DNA of 64,000 bases, from positions 1-64,000 of the forward strand of contig QCDI01000001.1 in assembly GCA_003280965.1 (NCBI GenBank), written 5' to 3'. Origin of the DNA: Prochlorococcus sp. AG-355-B18 (GTDB taxonomy: Bacteria; Cyanobacteriota; Cyanobacteriia; PCC-6307; Cyanobiaceae). Every line of letters begins with the position of its first letter. Position 1 is the stretch's first letter. The position numbers and the translations under genes were made by a program. The notes under the pieces were generated by a model, which ran no database searches, was not told where the DNA came from, and saw only the letters and a list, made by a program, of their open reading frames with translations. Of this stretch, positions 52,330 through 63,188 are shown piece by piece.

Positions 52330-52542
52330 ATGTCTGTTTCAAAATCTAAAAATCTTGAACGAAAGCTAGATAATTTTGCAAAAGAAGCAAAAAATGAATT
52401 GAATAATGTATGCGGTTCTTCATTATGGGAAAGCCTGGGATTTGTTTTTTTTGATCAATTAGAAGATTCTGAAAAAATTGCGAAAGCTAATTTTTACTAT
52501 GGTCAACTTCAAATAATTAATGAAATTAAATTTTCAATTTGA
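52330..52542 (+). CDS. Hypothetical protein
   Basis: Likely start MSVSKSK; GSSLWESLG...KANFYYGQ. Confidence 0.6.
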   Translation: MSVSKSKNLERKLDNFAKEAKNELNNVCGSSLWESLGFVFFDQLEDSEKIAKANFYYGQLQIINEIKFSI

Positions 52543-52634
52543 AGTAAATTTAATTTTTTTAAGCATGTAATTTTTCTTAAATCAATTTTGGCCAATCTTT
52601 TTCTGATATTATTGATGTAGTAAAAGCTTAATTA

Positions 52635-52904
52635 ATGATTGAAACTTCAGGTGTAATAGAAAAAGAGCAGGGAAATGGATTTTATTTGGTTACCTTAGAA
52701 CAACCTGAAGGACATCAATGTTTATGTAGAGCTGCAGGTAAGTTAACAAAATTTAGAATTAAATTATTGGCCGGAGACAAAGTGTTAGTTGAGATAAGTC
52801 CTTATGATCTTTCTCGAGGGAGAATAACCTATCGAGAAAGAAATGCAGGCGGTGGTGCTAGACCTACTACCAATAAAAACAACCCTAAGAGGAATAATAA
52901 GTAA
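52635..52904 (+). CDS. infA: Translation initiation factor IF-1
   Basis: GDKVLVEISPYDLSRGRITYR. Confidence 0.96.
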   Translation: MIETSGVIEKEQGNGFYLVTLEQPEGHQCLCRAAGKLTKFRIKLLAGDKVLVEISPYDLSRGRITYRERNAGGGARPTTNKNNPKRNNK

Positions 52905-52913
52905 AAAGTTACT

Positions 52914-54290
52914 TTAAAGAATGTTTTTTATCGCTTCTTTAAACTCACTTCTTTGTTTAACACCCTGCCATTGTTTTTTTAATAATTTTTCTTTAAAAAG
53001 TTGAACTGTTGGTGTGCCATTGATACCAGCTTGTTTTGCAATATCTTGATCTTTATCAATATCTATTTCAACGCCTAGCACTGCACCATCAAGTTCTTTA
53101 ATTACCCTTTTCAACTGTGGTTTCAAAACATGACATGGGCCGCAGCTTGGAGAACTAAAAATTACTAAGATAGGTTTTTTACTCTCGTGATAAAGTTTCC
53201 TTAATGCATAACTACCTTTTTGCCATTCAGAGTTTGAATCGAAGGTATCTTCATTAACTTCTTCTTCATTAAAATCTGATGAATTAAGTTTTTTTTCTGG
53301 TTCGGGTGTTTCTCTGACTATAGTTTTTGCTAAGTTTTTCTCGGCTAGCCACCTTTCGGTAGCTAAAGCTGCCATGCATCCAGTTCCTGCAGCTGTAACT
53401 CCCTGTCGCCACTCAGAATCAACAACATCACCCGCCGCAAAAATGCCTTCAACAGATGTTTCTGGTCTTCCTGATTTGCAGGCAATGTATCCCTTATTAT
53501 CAAGATCAATTTTGTTATCTAGAAACTTCGTATTTGGTGTATGCCCTATTGCATAAAAAAGACCCTTTATATTGATTTCTCCTTTGCCTTTTTGAGAGTG
53601 AATAGTTTGTATTTTCTCAAGCCATTCAGAACCATCAGCTTTATCAACTTTTGTGTTCCAATGGATTTCTATCTTTGGATTAGCTTTTACTCTATCAACC
53701 ATAGCTGCGCTAGCTCTTAATTTTTCTGATCTAACAATCAAATGCACTTTGCTGCCATACTTTGTGAGGTATGCCGCTTCTTCACATGCAGAATCCCCTC
53801 CTCCTATAACAGCTAATTCTTCATCTCTAAATTGTGGGGTAGCTCCATCACATATTGCACAAGCACTTATTCCTTTACTCCAGAATTTATCTTCATTTAT
53901 CACGCCTAATCTATTTGCACTTGCTCCAGTTGCAATAATAATTGAGTTAGCTTTTATAGTTCCTTCTAAAGTTTTTAATTCAAAGGGATGTGAATCAGTA
54001 TTTATTGAGACGATATCACTTTCGTATAAATTAGTACCCCATCTTTCTGCTTGAGCCTTCATTAGATCCATCAATTCAGGACCTAGCACTCCATCTGGGA
54101 AACCTGGATAATTTTCAACAAATGTTGTGGTCATTAATTGTCCGCCAGGAATGCCACCAGAACTAAATCCTGTTACGAGCAAAGGTTGAAGATTTGCTCT
54201 TGCTGCATATATTGCAGCTGTATAACCTGCAGGTCCAGAACCTATAATTACAACATTTTCTACATTAGAATTTTTGTCTTTATTTTCCAT
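52914..54290 (-). CDS. trxB: NADPH-thioredoxin reductase with fused C-terminal thioredoxin (NTRC type)
   Basis: GSGPAG, CAICDG, GGGDSA and C-terminal CGPC domain. Confidence 0.95.
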   Translation of the reverse strand: MENKDKNSNVENVVIIGSGPAGYTAAIYAARANLQPLLVTGFSSGGIPGGQLMTTTFVENYPGFPDGVLGPELMDLMKAQAERWGTNLYESDIVSINTDSHPFELKTLEGTIKANSIIIATGASANRLGVINEDKFWSKGISACAICDGATPQFRDEELAVIGGGDSACEEAAYLTKYGSKVHLIVRSEKLRASAAMVDRVKANPKIEIHWNTKVDKADGSEWLEKIQTIHSQKGKGEINIKGLFYAIGHTPNTKFLDNKIDLDNKGYIACKSGRPETSVEGIFAAGDVVDSEWRQGVTAAGTGCMAALATERWLAEKNLAKTIVRETPEPEKKLNSSDFNEEEVNEDTFDSNSEWQKGSYALRKLYHESKKPILVIFSSPSCGPCHVLKPQLKRVIKELDGAVLGVEIDIDKDQDIAKQAGINGTPTVQLFKEKLLKKQWQGVKQRSEFKEAIKNIL

Positions 54291-54369
54291 TTATTTTATT
54301 ATTTCACTTCCAATATTAAACAAGAAACCCAAATAATGTAGGGCGGATTTCACTCGATCGATTTTTTAT

Positions 54370-54594
54370 TTAATCGTTGACTTGCTGGTCTAATAATTTT
54401 TTTAATTCCTTTGGGAAGTTTAAAACAGAATCTTTTAAATTTTCGTTCTTTTCTCCTATGTGTAATATCCACTCTCTAAATTCTTCTGCGATTGCGTAAC
54501 TGTCTTCATATCTTTCTAGAGTATCCATTGCAGAAATTCTATTGGTAGCCCAACAGGTCGCAATGTCGATTCTTTTTCTAATGAAATTGTCCAT
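54370..54594 (-). CDS. Conserved hypothetical protein
   Basis: 74 aa; WA..RI...D..ERYEDSYAIAEEFREWI. Confidence 0.65.
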   Translation of the reverse strand: MDNFIRKRIDIATCWATNRISAMDTLERYEDSYAIAEEFREWILHIGEKNENLKDSVLNFPKELKKLLDQQVND

Positions 54595-54748
54595 TTAAAC
54601 TAACAAGTTTAATATACATAAACACATCAAAAGGTATAAGTATTGTCTAAAAAGTTACAACTTTGTACTTCCAAACAATAATTTAACATTTAATTTATAT
54701 TTGAGCTAATTTTTGGACGAATTATAAAGAGAATATAAAGAAATCGTG

Positions 54749-55327
54749 TTAAACTGCCTCGCTATGATTAGCAAGCAGCCTTTCAACTTCGTCAAAACCC
54801 TCTTTAGCTGAATTTATTGCAAGTTCCTCGCTAACTTTTTCTTCTAATACTAATTTTGCGGATATTTTTCTCAAAAGAGTTTCTTTTTTTTCTCTTAATG
54901 AGCTAACAATTTCCTCTTCTATAATAGATTTTATCGCTTTAGAAATTATCTTTTTGTCATTTGCTTCTTCAAATGTACCTTGCACTAATTCCTGAATAAA
55001 TAATCGATGTACTTCACTACTCCTTAAAAAGCTTTCTGTGGCATTGATAATCCCTTCAACTAAAGCTTCATCAGGTTCGGAATCATTTTCTGCCAGTTTG
55101 AATTCCCAATCTAAATGTCTTCTTTGCCAACCAGCGGAGTGGAGACTGGGCATCACTGTTTGTGAGAAAGTATCTACTGACATTTCATAAATTCTCTCTG
55201 CTAATTTCTCGCACCAGTCTTTACCATGCTTTTCTAGATTTTTTTGCATAGCTTGTCTAGGGACAGCATGACCACCATGATGGCTGTGACATACTCCATC
55301 TGGACATTCGATTGCTTTTATACTCAT
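54749..55327 (-). CDS. Conserved hypothetical protein with N-terminal Cys/His motif
   Basis: CPDGVCHSHHGGH N-terminus. Confidence 0.75.
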   Translation of the reverse strand: MSIKAIECPDGVCHSHHGGHAVPRQAMQKNLEKHGKDWCEKLAERIYEMSVDTFSQTVMPSLHSAGWQRRHLDWEFKLAENDSEPDEALVEGIINATESFLRSSEVHRLFIQELVQGTFEEANDKKIISKAIKSIIEEEIVSSLREKKETLLRKISAKLVLEEKVSEELAINSAKEGFDEVERLLANHSEAV

Positions 55328-55433
55328 TGGATTATTAGTGCTTATATATTCTAGATAGCTATTTTTTGCAAAAAAGAAAATATATTTTTAACAAAAATCC
55401 AAGACTTTTGACTATCTTCAATTTATATTTAGT

Positions 55434-56585
55434 ATGTCTAAAAAAATAAATAAATTGACAAAGATACTTATTCCTTCCGAAACAAGCCCTGGAGAAAGGA
55501 GAGTTTCAGCTTCTCCAGAGGTGGTAAAGAAATTAAAAAGCCTTGGTTGTGATATTTATATTGAAAGTGCCGCAGGAAAATTATCAGGGTTTAGTGACGT
55601 ATCCTATAAAGAGTCAGGGGGAACAATAATTAGTGATTTAGATCAGAACATTTGGAGTGAAGCGGACATAATATTTTGTGTTCAAACCCCTTCTGAGGAT
55701 AATTTAATTAAATTAAAAAAAGGCGCTATTCTAATTGGTCTTCTTAATCCATATGGTAACAAGGATCTTCTTAAGATTATAAATAGCAATAAGATTTCAG
55801 CTTTATCACTAGAGTTGCTTCCTAGAATTAGTAGGGCACAATCTTCTGATGTTCTTTCTTCACAAGCCAATATCGCTGGTTACAAAGCCGTTCTTTTAGC
55901 TGCAAGTGAATTAGATAGATATTTCCCTATGCTTATGACTGCAGCAGGTACGGTTCAACCGGCTAAAGTTGTTGTTCTTGGAGGAGGGGTAGCAGGGTTA
56001 CAGGCAGTTGCTACAGCAAAAAGGCTCGGTGCAATAGTTTTTGTATCCGATATAAGACCTGCTGTTAAAGAACAAGTAGAGTCACTTGGAGCAAGATTTA
56101 TAGAGCTTCCTGAAGTTGACGAAAAACCTGGAGAGGCTGGAGGTTATGCAAAAGCTGTAACTCCTGAATTCCTTTCAAAGCAGAAGGCTACTTTAACTAA
56201 ATATTTATCTGAAGCTGATGTTGCTATTTGTACCGCTCAAGTTTTGGGTAAAAAGGCACCAGTTTTAATAGATACTCCAATGCTTGAAAAAATGAGATCT
56301 GGTTCGGTAGTGATTGATTTGGCAGTTTTGCAAGGAGGTAATTGTGAAGGAACAAAATCAAATGAAACGATTATCAAAGATGGCGTAAAACTTATAGGGG
56401 CTGGTGAATTACCTTCATCAGTTCCTTATGATGCTAGTTCACTTTATGCTAAGAACTTAACATCTTTGATTACACCCTTTATAAAAGATGGTGTAATTAA
56501 ATTAGATAAAGAGGATGAACTCATTTCTGGATGTTTATTAAGCGATGAAGGAGTTATTCTTCAAAATAAAGTTTTTGAAAATTGA
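55434..56585 (+). CDS. pntA: NAD(P) transhydrogenase alpha subunit, domain I
   Basis: ERRV, PRISRAQ..DVLSS, GGGVAGLQA, GGYAK. Confidence 0.95.
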   Translation: MSKKINKLTKILIPSETSPGERRVSASPEVVKKLKSLGCDIYIESAAGKLSGFSDVSYKESGGTIISDLDQNIWSEADIIFCVQTPSEDNLIKLKKGAILIGLLNPYGNKDLLKIINSNKISALSLELLPRISRAQSSDVLSSQANIAGYKAVLLAASELDRYFPMLMTAAGTVQPAKVVVLGGGVAGLQAVATAKRLGAIVFVSDIRPAVKEQVESLGARFIELPEVDEKPGEAGGYAKAVTPEFLSKQKATLTKYLSEADVAICTAQVLGKKAPVLIDTPMLEKMRSGSVVIDLAVLQGGNCEGTKSNETIIKDGVKLIGAGELPSSVPYDASSLYAKNLTSLITPFIKDGVIKLDKEDELISGCLLSDEGVILQNKVFEN

Positions 56586-56597
56586 GGTTTTAAAATT

Positions 56598-56891
56598 ATG
56601 TCTTTTATAAGTCTTCTGTGGGTCCTATTACTAGGTAGTTTATTAGGCCTTGAGTTAATTGGAAAAGTTCCTCCAACTCTTCATACGCCTCTAATGAGTG
56701 GAGCTAATGCAATTTCAGGAATAACAATGTTAGCAGCATTGACTCTAATTGTTAAAGCTGAGGGTAACTTACCACTTTTAATTATTGGTTCTGTTTCTCT
56801 CGGATTTGCTCTTTTCAACGTTGTGGGAGGGTTCTTTGTAACTGATCGAATGCTCGCAATGTTTAGCCGCAAACCATCAAATAAGAAGTAA
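56598..56891 (+). CDS. pntA: NAD(P) transhydrogenase alpha subunit, membrane part
   Basis: VPPTLHTPLMSGANAISG, VTDRMLAMF. Confidence 0.93.
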   Translation: MSFISLLWVLLLGSLLGLELIGKVPPTLHTPLMSGANAISGITMLAALTLIVKAEGNLPLLIIGSVSLGFALFNVVGGFFVTDRMLAMFSRKPSNKK

Positions 56892-56899
56892 TTTTTAGC

Positions 56900-58339
56900 A
56901 TGAATCTACCCGTAATCATTAAATTCATTATTGATCTTCTCGCTGTACTTTTACTGGCTTTAGGAATAAAAGGGTTATCAAAAGTAAAATCAGCAAGAGA
57001 TGCCAATCGATTAGCTGCGTTTGCAATGTCGCTATCAGTAATTGGATTACTATCCTATTATTTGGGGACTTCTGGAGTTACTATTCAATCTTGGATTTGG
57101 ATAATAATTGGATCAATAATAGGTAGTTTGCTTGGAGCAATCCTTGCAAAGAAAGTACCAATGACTTCTATGCCTGAAACAGTTGCATTGTTTAATGGTT
57201 GCGGAGGAATGTCATCACTTTTAGTGGCTCTAGGAGTAGCTATTTTCCCAATATCAAATAGTTTAGAAAATGTTGATTTCTTCAAGTCACTTATTAACGA
57301 AGTTTCTATATCTGTTTCTATATTTGTAGGTGCCATTACTTTCACTGGTTCAATTGTGGCTATGGCAAAGTTGCAGGGTTGGTTGTCAACTCCAGGATGG
57401 ACTCAGAGTAAAGGTAGACATTTTGTAAATATTGTTTTTGCTGTTGCTTCCTTGATAGCTTTTTTCGATCTAATAAACGGTAATACAAGTTCTATTTGGC
57501 TTTTAGTTGTAGTTTCTTCTCTTTTAGGAATAGGAGTTACTTTGCCAATTGGAGGAGCCGATATGCCAGTTGTTATATCTTTATTAAATAGCTACTCAGG
57601 AATTGCAGCGGCAGCAGCAGGTTTTGTTGTTGATAGTCAGCTTTTGATAGTTGCAGGTGCAATGGTTGGAGCAGCAGGTCTAATTCTTACTCAAGTAATG
57701 TGCAAGGGTATGAATAGATCATTGGTCTCAGTCCTTTTTGGAGGATCTTTATCTGCGCAAAGCACGACCTCTTCTGGATCAGGAGAATATACCAATATAA
57801 CTTCTTGTAGTGTTGAAGAATGTGCGTTGACTTTAGAGGCTGCCAACAAGGTAATAATTGTTCCTGGCTATGGACTTGCAGTGGCTCAGGCCCAACATAC
57901 ATTAAGGGAAGTGACAAAAAAACTAGAGCAAAATGGAATTGAAGTTGTTTATGCGATACATCCTGTCGCGGGGAGGATGCCTGGACATATGAATGTACTT
58001 TTAGCAGAAGCAGACGTTCCTTACGAGCAACTTAAAGAAATGGATGTTGTAAATCCTGATTTTCCAGCAACGGATGTTGTTTTGGTTTTAGGTGCAAATG
58101 ATGTAGTGAATCCTCAGGCAAAAAATGATAGTTCTTCACCTTTATATGGCATGCCAGTCCTTGATGTTCAAGAAGCAAGAACTGTATTTGTAATTAAACG
58201 AGGTATGAGTGCAGGTTACTCAGGAATTAAAAATGATTTGTTTGATCTTCCCAATACCTCGATGGTATTTGGAGATGCTAAAAAGGTCTTGAATGATCTT
58301 ATAGGAGAATTAAAGGATCTTGGAGTTGGAGAAAAATAA
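56900..58339 (+). CDS. pntB: NAD(P) transhydrogenase beta subunit
   Basis: IGGADMPV, HPVAGRMPGHMNVLLAEA, GANDVVNP. Confidence 0.97.
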   Translation: MNLPVIIKFIIDLLAVLLLALGIKGLSKVKSARDANRLAAFAMSLSVIGLLSYYLGTSGVTIQSWIWIIIGSIIGSLLGAILAKKVPMTSMPETVALFNGCGGMSSLLVALGVAIFPISNSLENVDFFKSLINEVSISVSIFVGAITFTGSIVAMAKLQGWLSTPGWTQSKGRHFVNIVFAVASLIAFFDLINGNTSSIWLLVVVSSLLGIGVTLPIGGADMPVVISLLNSYSGIAAAAAGFVVDSQLLIVAGAMVGAAGLILTQVMCKGMNRSLVSVLFGGSLSAQSTTSSGSGEYTNITSCSVEECALTLEAANKVIIVPGYGLAVAQAQHTLREVTKKLEQNGIEVVYAIHPVAGRMPGHMNVLLAEADVPYEQLKEMDVVNPDFPATDVVLVLGANDVVNPQAKNDSSSPLYGMPVLDVQEARTVFVIKRGMSAGYSGIKNDLFDLPNTSMVFGDAKKVLNDLIGELKDLGVGEK

Positions 58340-59408
58340 TACTAGATCCTCTCTTTTTTCAGATTTCTTAAAAAATAAGCCATTTCTGGAGGTCTTACCT
58401 TGGATAGGTGGTGATTTACAAACTTTGAGAGATACCTTTGTTATTGATTTTGATAAATCAAAAAAAAATGAAAAAATATTATTTCCAATTAATAAAATTC
58501 TGTCAGAATATTTTGAATGCGATTATCTTCTAGGATTTTTAGAATTACCAGATAAATTAAATACTCTTAAGGGTTTTGTTATCGTTACGCATGGGTTAGG
58601 GGGCTCAACTAAGCGTTTTGGTTTAAGAAGAATTTCTAGAAAATTAGCAAAAAATGGTTTTGGAGTTCTTAAATTAAATCTAAGAGGTGCTGGTCCTGCA
58701 AGATATTTAGCAAAAGGGAATTATTGCGCAAGATGCTCTAGTGATGTTATTTCAGCAATTAAATATTTTAAAAAATTAATAAATTTCGAGTTTAAAGATC
58801 TTATTAAAGAAAAAAATAATCTTCCAATATACGGGGTTGGATTATCTTTAGGTGGAACAATTCTTTTAAATGCCTGCTTAGATTACGAAGAGAACAATGG
58901 AGAAATACTTTTAGATGGCTTGGCATGTGTAAGTAGTCCTTTAGATTTGTCATCATGTAGTCTCTGTATTGAAAAACCTAGAAATTCTTTCTATCAAAAA
59001 TGGCTACTTCACCGATTAAAAAATCAGTTATGGAATGGATTTAATGATGAAGGCAAAATTCTTAATAACAAGAAATTAAGAAAAAAAATTATAGGATTAA
59101 AAACTATAAGAAAATTTGATGAAAAGTTTACAGCTCCTAGTTGGGGATTTAATTCTTTAGAAGATTACTATATTAAATCTTCTCCAATATTTAGAATCCA
59201 TAAATCAATAAAAAAGCTACCTTCAACATTGTTTATTCATGCAAAGGATGATCCTTGGGTTCCACATGAGCCAACTTTGGCTTTAAGTAAAGAATTTATA
59301 GATAAATTTACTATTTTAATAACTAAAAAAGGAGGACATAATGGTTTCCACTCTATTTATGGCTGCTGGTCAGACGAAGCCGTAAAGAATTGGTTTATGA
59401 GTATCTAG
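58320..59408 (+). CDS. YheT-like alpha/beta hydrolase
   Basis: HGLGGS, GLSLGG, DDPWVP, GGHNGF. Confidence 0.85.
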   Translation: MELEKNNTRSSLFSDFLKNKPFLEVLPWIGGDLQTLRDTFVIDFDKSKKNEKILFPINKILSEYFECDYLLGFLELPDKLNTLKGFVIVTHGLGGSTKRFGLRRISRKLAKNGFGVLKLNLRGAGPARYLAKGNYCARCSSDVISAIKYFKKLINFEFKDLIKEKNNLPIYGVGLSLGGTILLNACLDYEENNGEILLDGLACVSSPLDLSSCSLCIEKPRNSFYQKWLLHRLKNQLWNGFNDEGKILNNKKLRKKIIGLKTIRKFDEKFTAPSWGFNSLEDYYIKSSPIFRIHKSIKKLPSTLFIHAKDDPWVPHEPTLALSKEFIDKFTILITKKGGHNGFHSIYGCWSDEAVKNWFMSI

Positions 59409-59745
59409 GACTATCTGAAAATGGTGTTATTTTAAAAATCCACCTTTCTATTGGTTTACCGTTAATGATATGTGAGTAGAAAATTTCTGAAATTCGTTCA
59501 GGAGAAACTTTCTCGTACCAAATACCATCAGGCCAAACAAGTAGAATTGGACCGTTTTTACATATTCTCAAACAGTCAGCTTTTGATCTAAGTATATGAA
59601 TATTTTTTGAAGCAGGATAATTCTCAAATTTTTTTATAGTTTTTTTCAAGCATTGCCATGACTTTTCACCTTCATTACCTTTAAAACATTTCTGTTTAGT
59701 GGGTGTAGCACATAGTAAAAGGTGTTTTTGAATACTGTCTGCCAT
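59395..59745 (-). CDS. Thioredoxin-like (2Fe-2S) ferredoxin
   Basis: HLLLC...C, CLRICKNGP, PDGIWY. Confidence 0.85.
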   Translation of the reverse strand: MADSIQKHLLLCATPTKQKCFKGNEGEKSWQCLKKTIKKFENYPASKNIHILRSKADCLRICKNGPILLVWPDGIWYEKVSPERISEIFYSHIINGKPIERWIFKITPFSDSPRYS

Positions 59746-59901
59746 ATTTAAAATCCTTTACCATTTTAGAATTAGTGAATATTAAACATTGTACAAAAAT
59801 AAAGCTATTACTTCTATGACAAATAGTAAATAGACCTCTTTGCTTTTCATTAATTAACTGTTTTTCTACAATAAGAACGTGAGTAATTTAATAATTTTAT
59901 T

Positions 59902-60240
59902 TTGGAATTTAGAGTTATCGGGTTAAATATAAACTCTACCCCTCCACCTAAAGTTAAAGAATCTAATGCGCGAGCATTAGGAGTAAGTAAAGAATTTTTA
60001 GAAAATGAGTTTAAAGATTCAATTAAAAAAATTAATAGAAATTTATCTTTGCAAATTCAGGACCTATTAAATATTTATGGCCGATATGGATGGGAACATT
60101 ATTATCAAGGACAAATTGGTAACCTTATAACTCTTTATTTCAGAAGGGATAAAAATTTAAATCAATCAGAAGTTGATATTAAATTATCCCCGGAAGAGAA
60201 TGCTATTTTACAATCTCTTGATAGGGATCAAATGCCATGA
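59902..60240 (+). CDS. Hypothetical protein, paralog of 591-887 (DUF4177-like)
   Basis: TTG start; SKEFLENEF, LN.YG..GWE, IGNL..YFRR. Confidence 0.6.
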   Translation: MEFRVIGLNINSTPPPKVKESNARALGVSKEFLENEFKDSIKKINRNLSLQIQDLLNIYGRYGWEHYYQGQIGNLITLYFRRDKNLNQSEVDIKLSPEENAILQSLDRDQMP

Positions 60241-60382
60241 TGTTTAAGTTTTAAAAAAGAAATTAAAATTTACAGCAAAAAAATCTTAGTTTGTAAAAAG
60301 TTTGATTAGTAGTTCTTCTAAGTTTTTAGATTTCTATTGAAAATATACTTCATAATTAATTGAATCTTTTAAATATTCGCTT

Positions 60383-61612
60383 TTACCCAATACTTACATA
60401 TTTTTTCCCTTTTTTGATTTCTTGTTTGACAAAAAGTCTGGCCCAATTATCCACTTCAAGAATATCCTCCAATTCGGGACTCAAATTTAAATTCTCCATA
60501 TGTGATTCACAAGCTTTACTTATAAATGTTGGAATTTCTTGAAAAGAAATTTTTTCTTTAAGGAATTGTTCAACAGCCATTTCATTTGCAGCATTTAGCA
60601 CTGCAGGCATAGTACCAGAAGATTTTCCTGCGGCATAGGCAAGTCCCATGCATGGATATTTAAACTCGTCTGGCTCTTCAAAAGTTAATTTCCCAATTTC
60701 ACTTAGGTTTAATCTTTTCCAATTTGTTTTAAATCTTTCAGGCCAACTCATCGCATATAAAATAGGTAGTTTCATATCTGGCCAACCTAATTGAGCTAAT
60801 ACTGAAGAATCTTCCATCTCAATCATTGAATGAATAATACTTTGAGGGTGGATAACTATTTCGATATTTTCGTAAGAGGTCCCAAATAAATAATGAGCTT
60901 CTATAACTTCTAATCCTTTATTCATAAGAGTTGCAGAATCTACAGTTATTTTTTTCCCCATATCCCAATTAGGATGTGAAGTTGCATCTTCCACTGTGAC
61001 ATGCTTTAAATCCTCAACTGCCCAATCTCTGAAAGCACCTCCAGAAGCTGTTAAATGTATGGCTTTTAAACCTTTAGGTATCTCTCCTGTTGAAAAGTCT
61101 GCATTTTCATAATTGGGTAATCCTTGTAAACATTGAAAGATAGCAGAGTGTTCTGAATCAGCAGGTAAAAGCCTACTATTATTTTTCTTTAATGCAGGAA
61201 TAACAATTGGCCCTGCCGCTATTAAAGTTTCTTTGTTAGCAAGTGCAATATTTTTCCCCGCATTAATTGCTGACATTGTTGGAATTAAGCCAGCACATCC
61301 TACTATCCCTGTTACCACAGTGTCTGCCTTATCCCATGCTGCAACAGCATTAATACCCTCCTTTCCACTCAAAACCAAGGGAGCACTATCCAAATCTAAG
61401 TTTTTAATATTATCTTTTAAATCTTCTATAAGATTTTCATCCTCAATTGCAACTACTTCCGGTTTATGTTTTTTAACTTGTTCGGTTAATAAATTAATAT
61501 TTCTTCCTGCCGAAAGAGCTACGGCTTTAAACTTTTCAGGCAGCTCACTAGCTATTTCGAGAGTTTGAGTCCCAATTGAACCAGTAGAACCCAGCACAGT
61601 AATGTATTTCAA
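60383..61612 (-). CDS. dxr: 1-deoxy-D-xylulose-5-phosphate reductoisomerase
   Basis: [26 protein letters not shown]. Confidence 0.97.
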   Translation of the reverse strand: MKYITVLGSTGSIGTQTLEIASELPEKFKAVALSAGRNINLLTEQVKKHKPEVVAIEDENLIEDLKDNIKNLDLDSAPLVLSGKEGINAVAAWDKADTVVTGIVGCAGLIPTMSAINAGKNIALANKETLIAAGPIVIPALKKNNSRLLPADSEHSAIFQCLQGLPNYENADFSTGEIPKGLKAIHLTASGGAFRDWAVEDLKHVTVEDATSHPNWDMGKKITVDSATLMNKGLEVIEAHYLFGTSYENIEIVIHPQSIIHSMIEMEDSSVLAQLGWPDMKLPILYAMSWPERFKTNWKRLNLSEIGKLTFEEPDEFKYPCMGLAYAAGKSSGTMPAVLNAANEMAVEQFLKEKISFQEIPTFISKACESHMENLNLSPELEDILEVDNWARLFVKQEIKKGKKYVSIG

Positions 61613-61694
61613 TTTTCTCTGATATTTCTAATATCTTCCCATTTAAAGGTGTATTTAAAAAACAAAAATTTCAAATTGGTTTTTTTCTTAAAAT

Positions 61695-63164
61695 TTAGAT
61701 CCTTATCCATGTTGTTATTTCTTTTGATTGATCAATAAGTTCAATACCTTTTTCTTTTAATAAATTCCTAATTTCATCGGCCTTCGTATAATCCTTTTCC
61801 TTTTTTGCTTTCAATCTTTCATTAATTAGCGTAGATATTTCTTCTTCTGTTATTTTACTTTCTTTTACTAAAACCTCTTTTTTAAGACCAAGTACCTCAG
61901 TCAACTTTTCAAGAGTTTTAAAATTCTCAAGTAGAAAGAATTTTTCATTTAGGTCTATTTCAAAACCTTCGACCCTTTGAAATTGGTTTAAAAAGTTTTT
62001 TAATGGTTTTGCTAAATCGTAAATAATCGCAATAGCACCGGCTGTATTAAGGTCATTTCCCAGAGCCTCAGAAAATTGAAACTTTTTTTGAGATAAGTCA
62101 AAGCTTATTTTCTCTTTATATTCTTCTTCGATAGATTCATTTTTATCAATAGATTTAAAAGCACCTTTTGTAAGGTCCATAAAAGAGAGGGCTACATTAA
62201 TGTTTTTCCAAGCTTCTGAAGCACTCCTTAAAGCTTCTTCAGTAAAATCAAGTGGTTTTCTATAATTCACAGTCATAACAAAATATCTCAAAGTCATAGG
62301 GCTTATACCTGAATTAATTAGCTCTCTGATGGTTTTAAAATTTTTAAGGGATTTACTCATCTTTTGTCCATTTACATTGACCATCCCATTGTGTAACCAA
62401 TAGTTCGCTAGCTTTTTGCCATTGGCTGCTTCTGATTGGGCGATTTCATTCTCATGATGTGGAAAAATCAAATCAGAACCACCTAAATGGATATCAATAG
62501 TATCTCCTAATTCATCTTTAACCATCGCCGAACATTCAATATGCCATCCAGGCCTACCTTTACCCCATGGCGAATCAAAAAATGGTTCATCATCTTTTGC
62601 TTTTTTCCATAGTGCAAAATCTTGCGGATTAAGTTTTTTACTATTTTCATCATTAGCCATTCTTCCTTGTTGGTTGATATTTTGTTCTTTTATATTTTGA
62701 TTACTTAGCTTTCCATAATTTTTATTTTTAAAAACAGAATAATAAACATCTCCATCCTTAGAGTATGCATAACCTTTGTCCTCAAGGATTGTTATGAAGG
62801 AGCAGATATTGCATATATGATTCGTTGCTCTTGGCATACTATCCGGACGCATTATTCCTAAAGAATCCATATCTTTATGAAATTCAATAATATTTTTTTC
62901 AGATACTTCCTTCATTGAACTGCTTTCTTCTCTAGCTCTTTTTAAGATTTTGTCATCAATATCTGTAAAATTTTGAACATACTTCACTTTGAAATCACTG
63001 TAAATTAAAAATCTTCTCAATACATCCCAAGCTATATAACTTCTGGCATGCCCAAGATGACATAAATCATAAACAGTTACTCCACAACAATAAATTTTTA
63101 CTACATCATCAATAGGCTTAAAAACCTCAACTCTTTTGCTTAAAGTATTAAAAAGTTTGATCAT
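61695..63164 (-). CDS. cysS: Cysteine-tRNA ligase
   Basis: CGVTVY..HLGH, GRPGWHIEC, KMSKS. Confidence 0.97.
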   Translation of the reverse strand: MIKLFNTLSKRVEVFKPIDDVVKIYCCGVTVYDLCHLGHARSYIAWDVLRRFLIYSDFKVKYVQNFTDIDDKILKRAREESSSMKEVSEKNIIEFHKDMDSLGIMRPDSMPRATNHICNICSFITILEDKGYAYSKDGDVYYSVFKNKNYGKLSNQNIKEQNINQQGRMANDENSKKLNPQDFALWKKAKDDEPFFDSPWGKGRPGWHIECSAMVKDELGDTIDIHLGGSDLIFPHHENEIAQSEAANGKKLANYWLHNGMVNVNGQKMSKSLKNFKTIRELINSGISPMTLRYFVMTVNYRKPLDFTEEALRSASEAWKNINVALSFMDLTKGAFKSIDKNESIEEEYKEKISFDLSQKKFQFSEALGNDLNTAGAIAIIYDLAKPLKNFLNQFQRVEGFEIDLNEKFFLLENFKTLEKLTEVLGLKKEVLVKESKITEEEISTLINERLKAKKEKDYTKADEIRNLLKEKGIELIDQSKEITTWIRI

Positions 63165-63188
63165 CTTAAATTAAGTATTTCATAGGGT

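Noticed and set aside
52914..54290. Thioredoxin reductase-thioredoxin fusion
   Set aside because: Known NTRC architecture of cyanobacteria and plastids
55434..56891. Split pntA
   Set aside because: Three-subunit transhydrogenase is a known normal arrangement; both parts are intact
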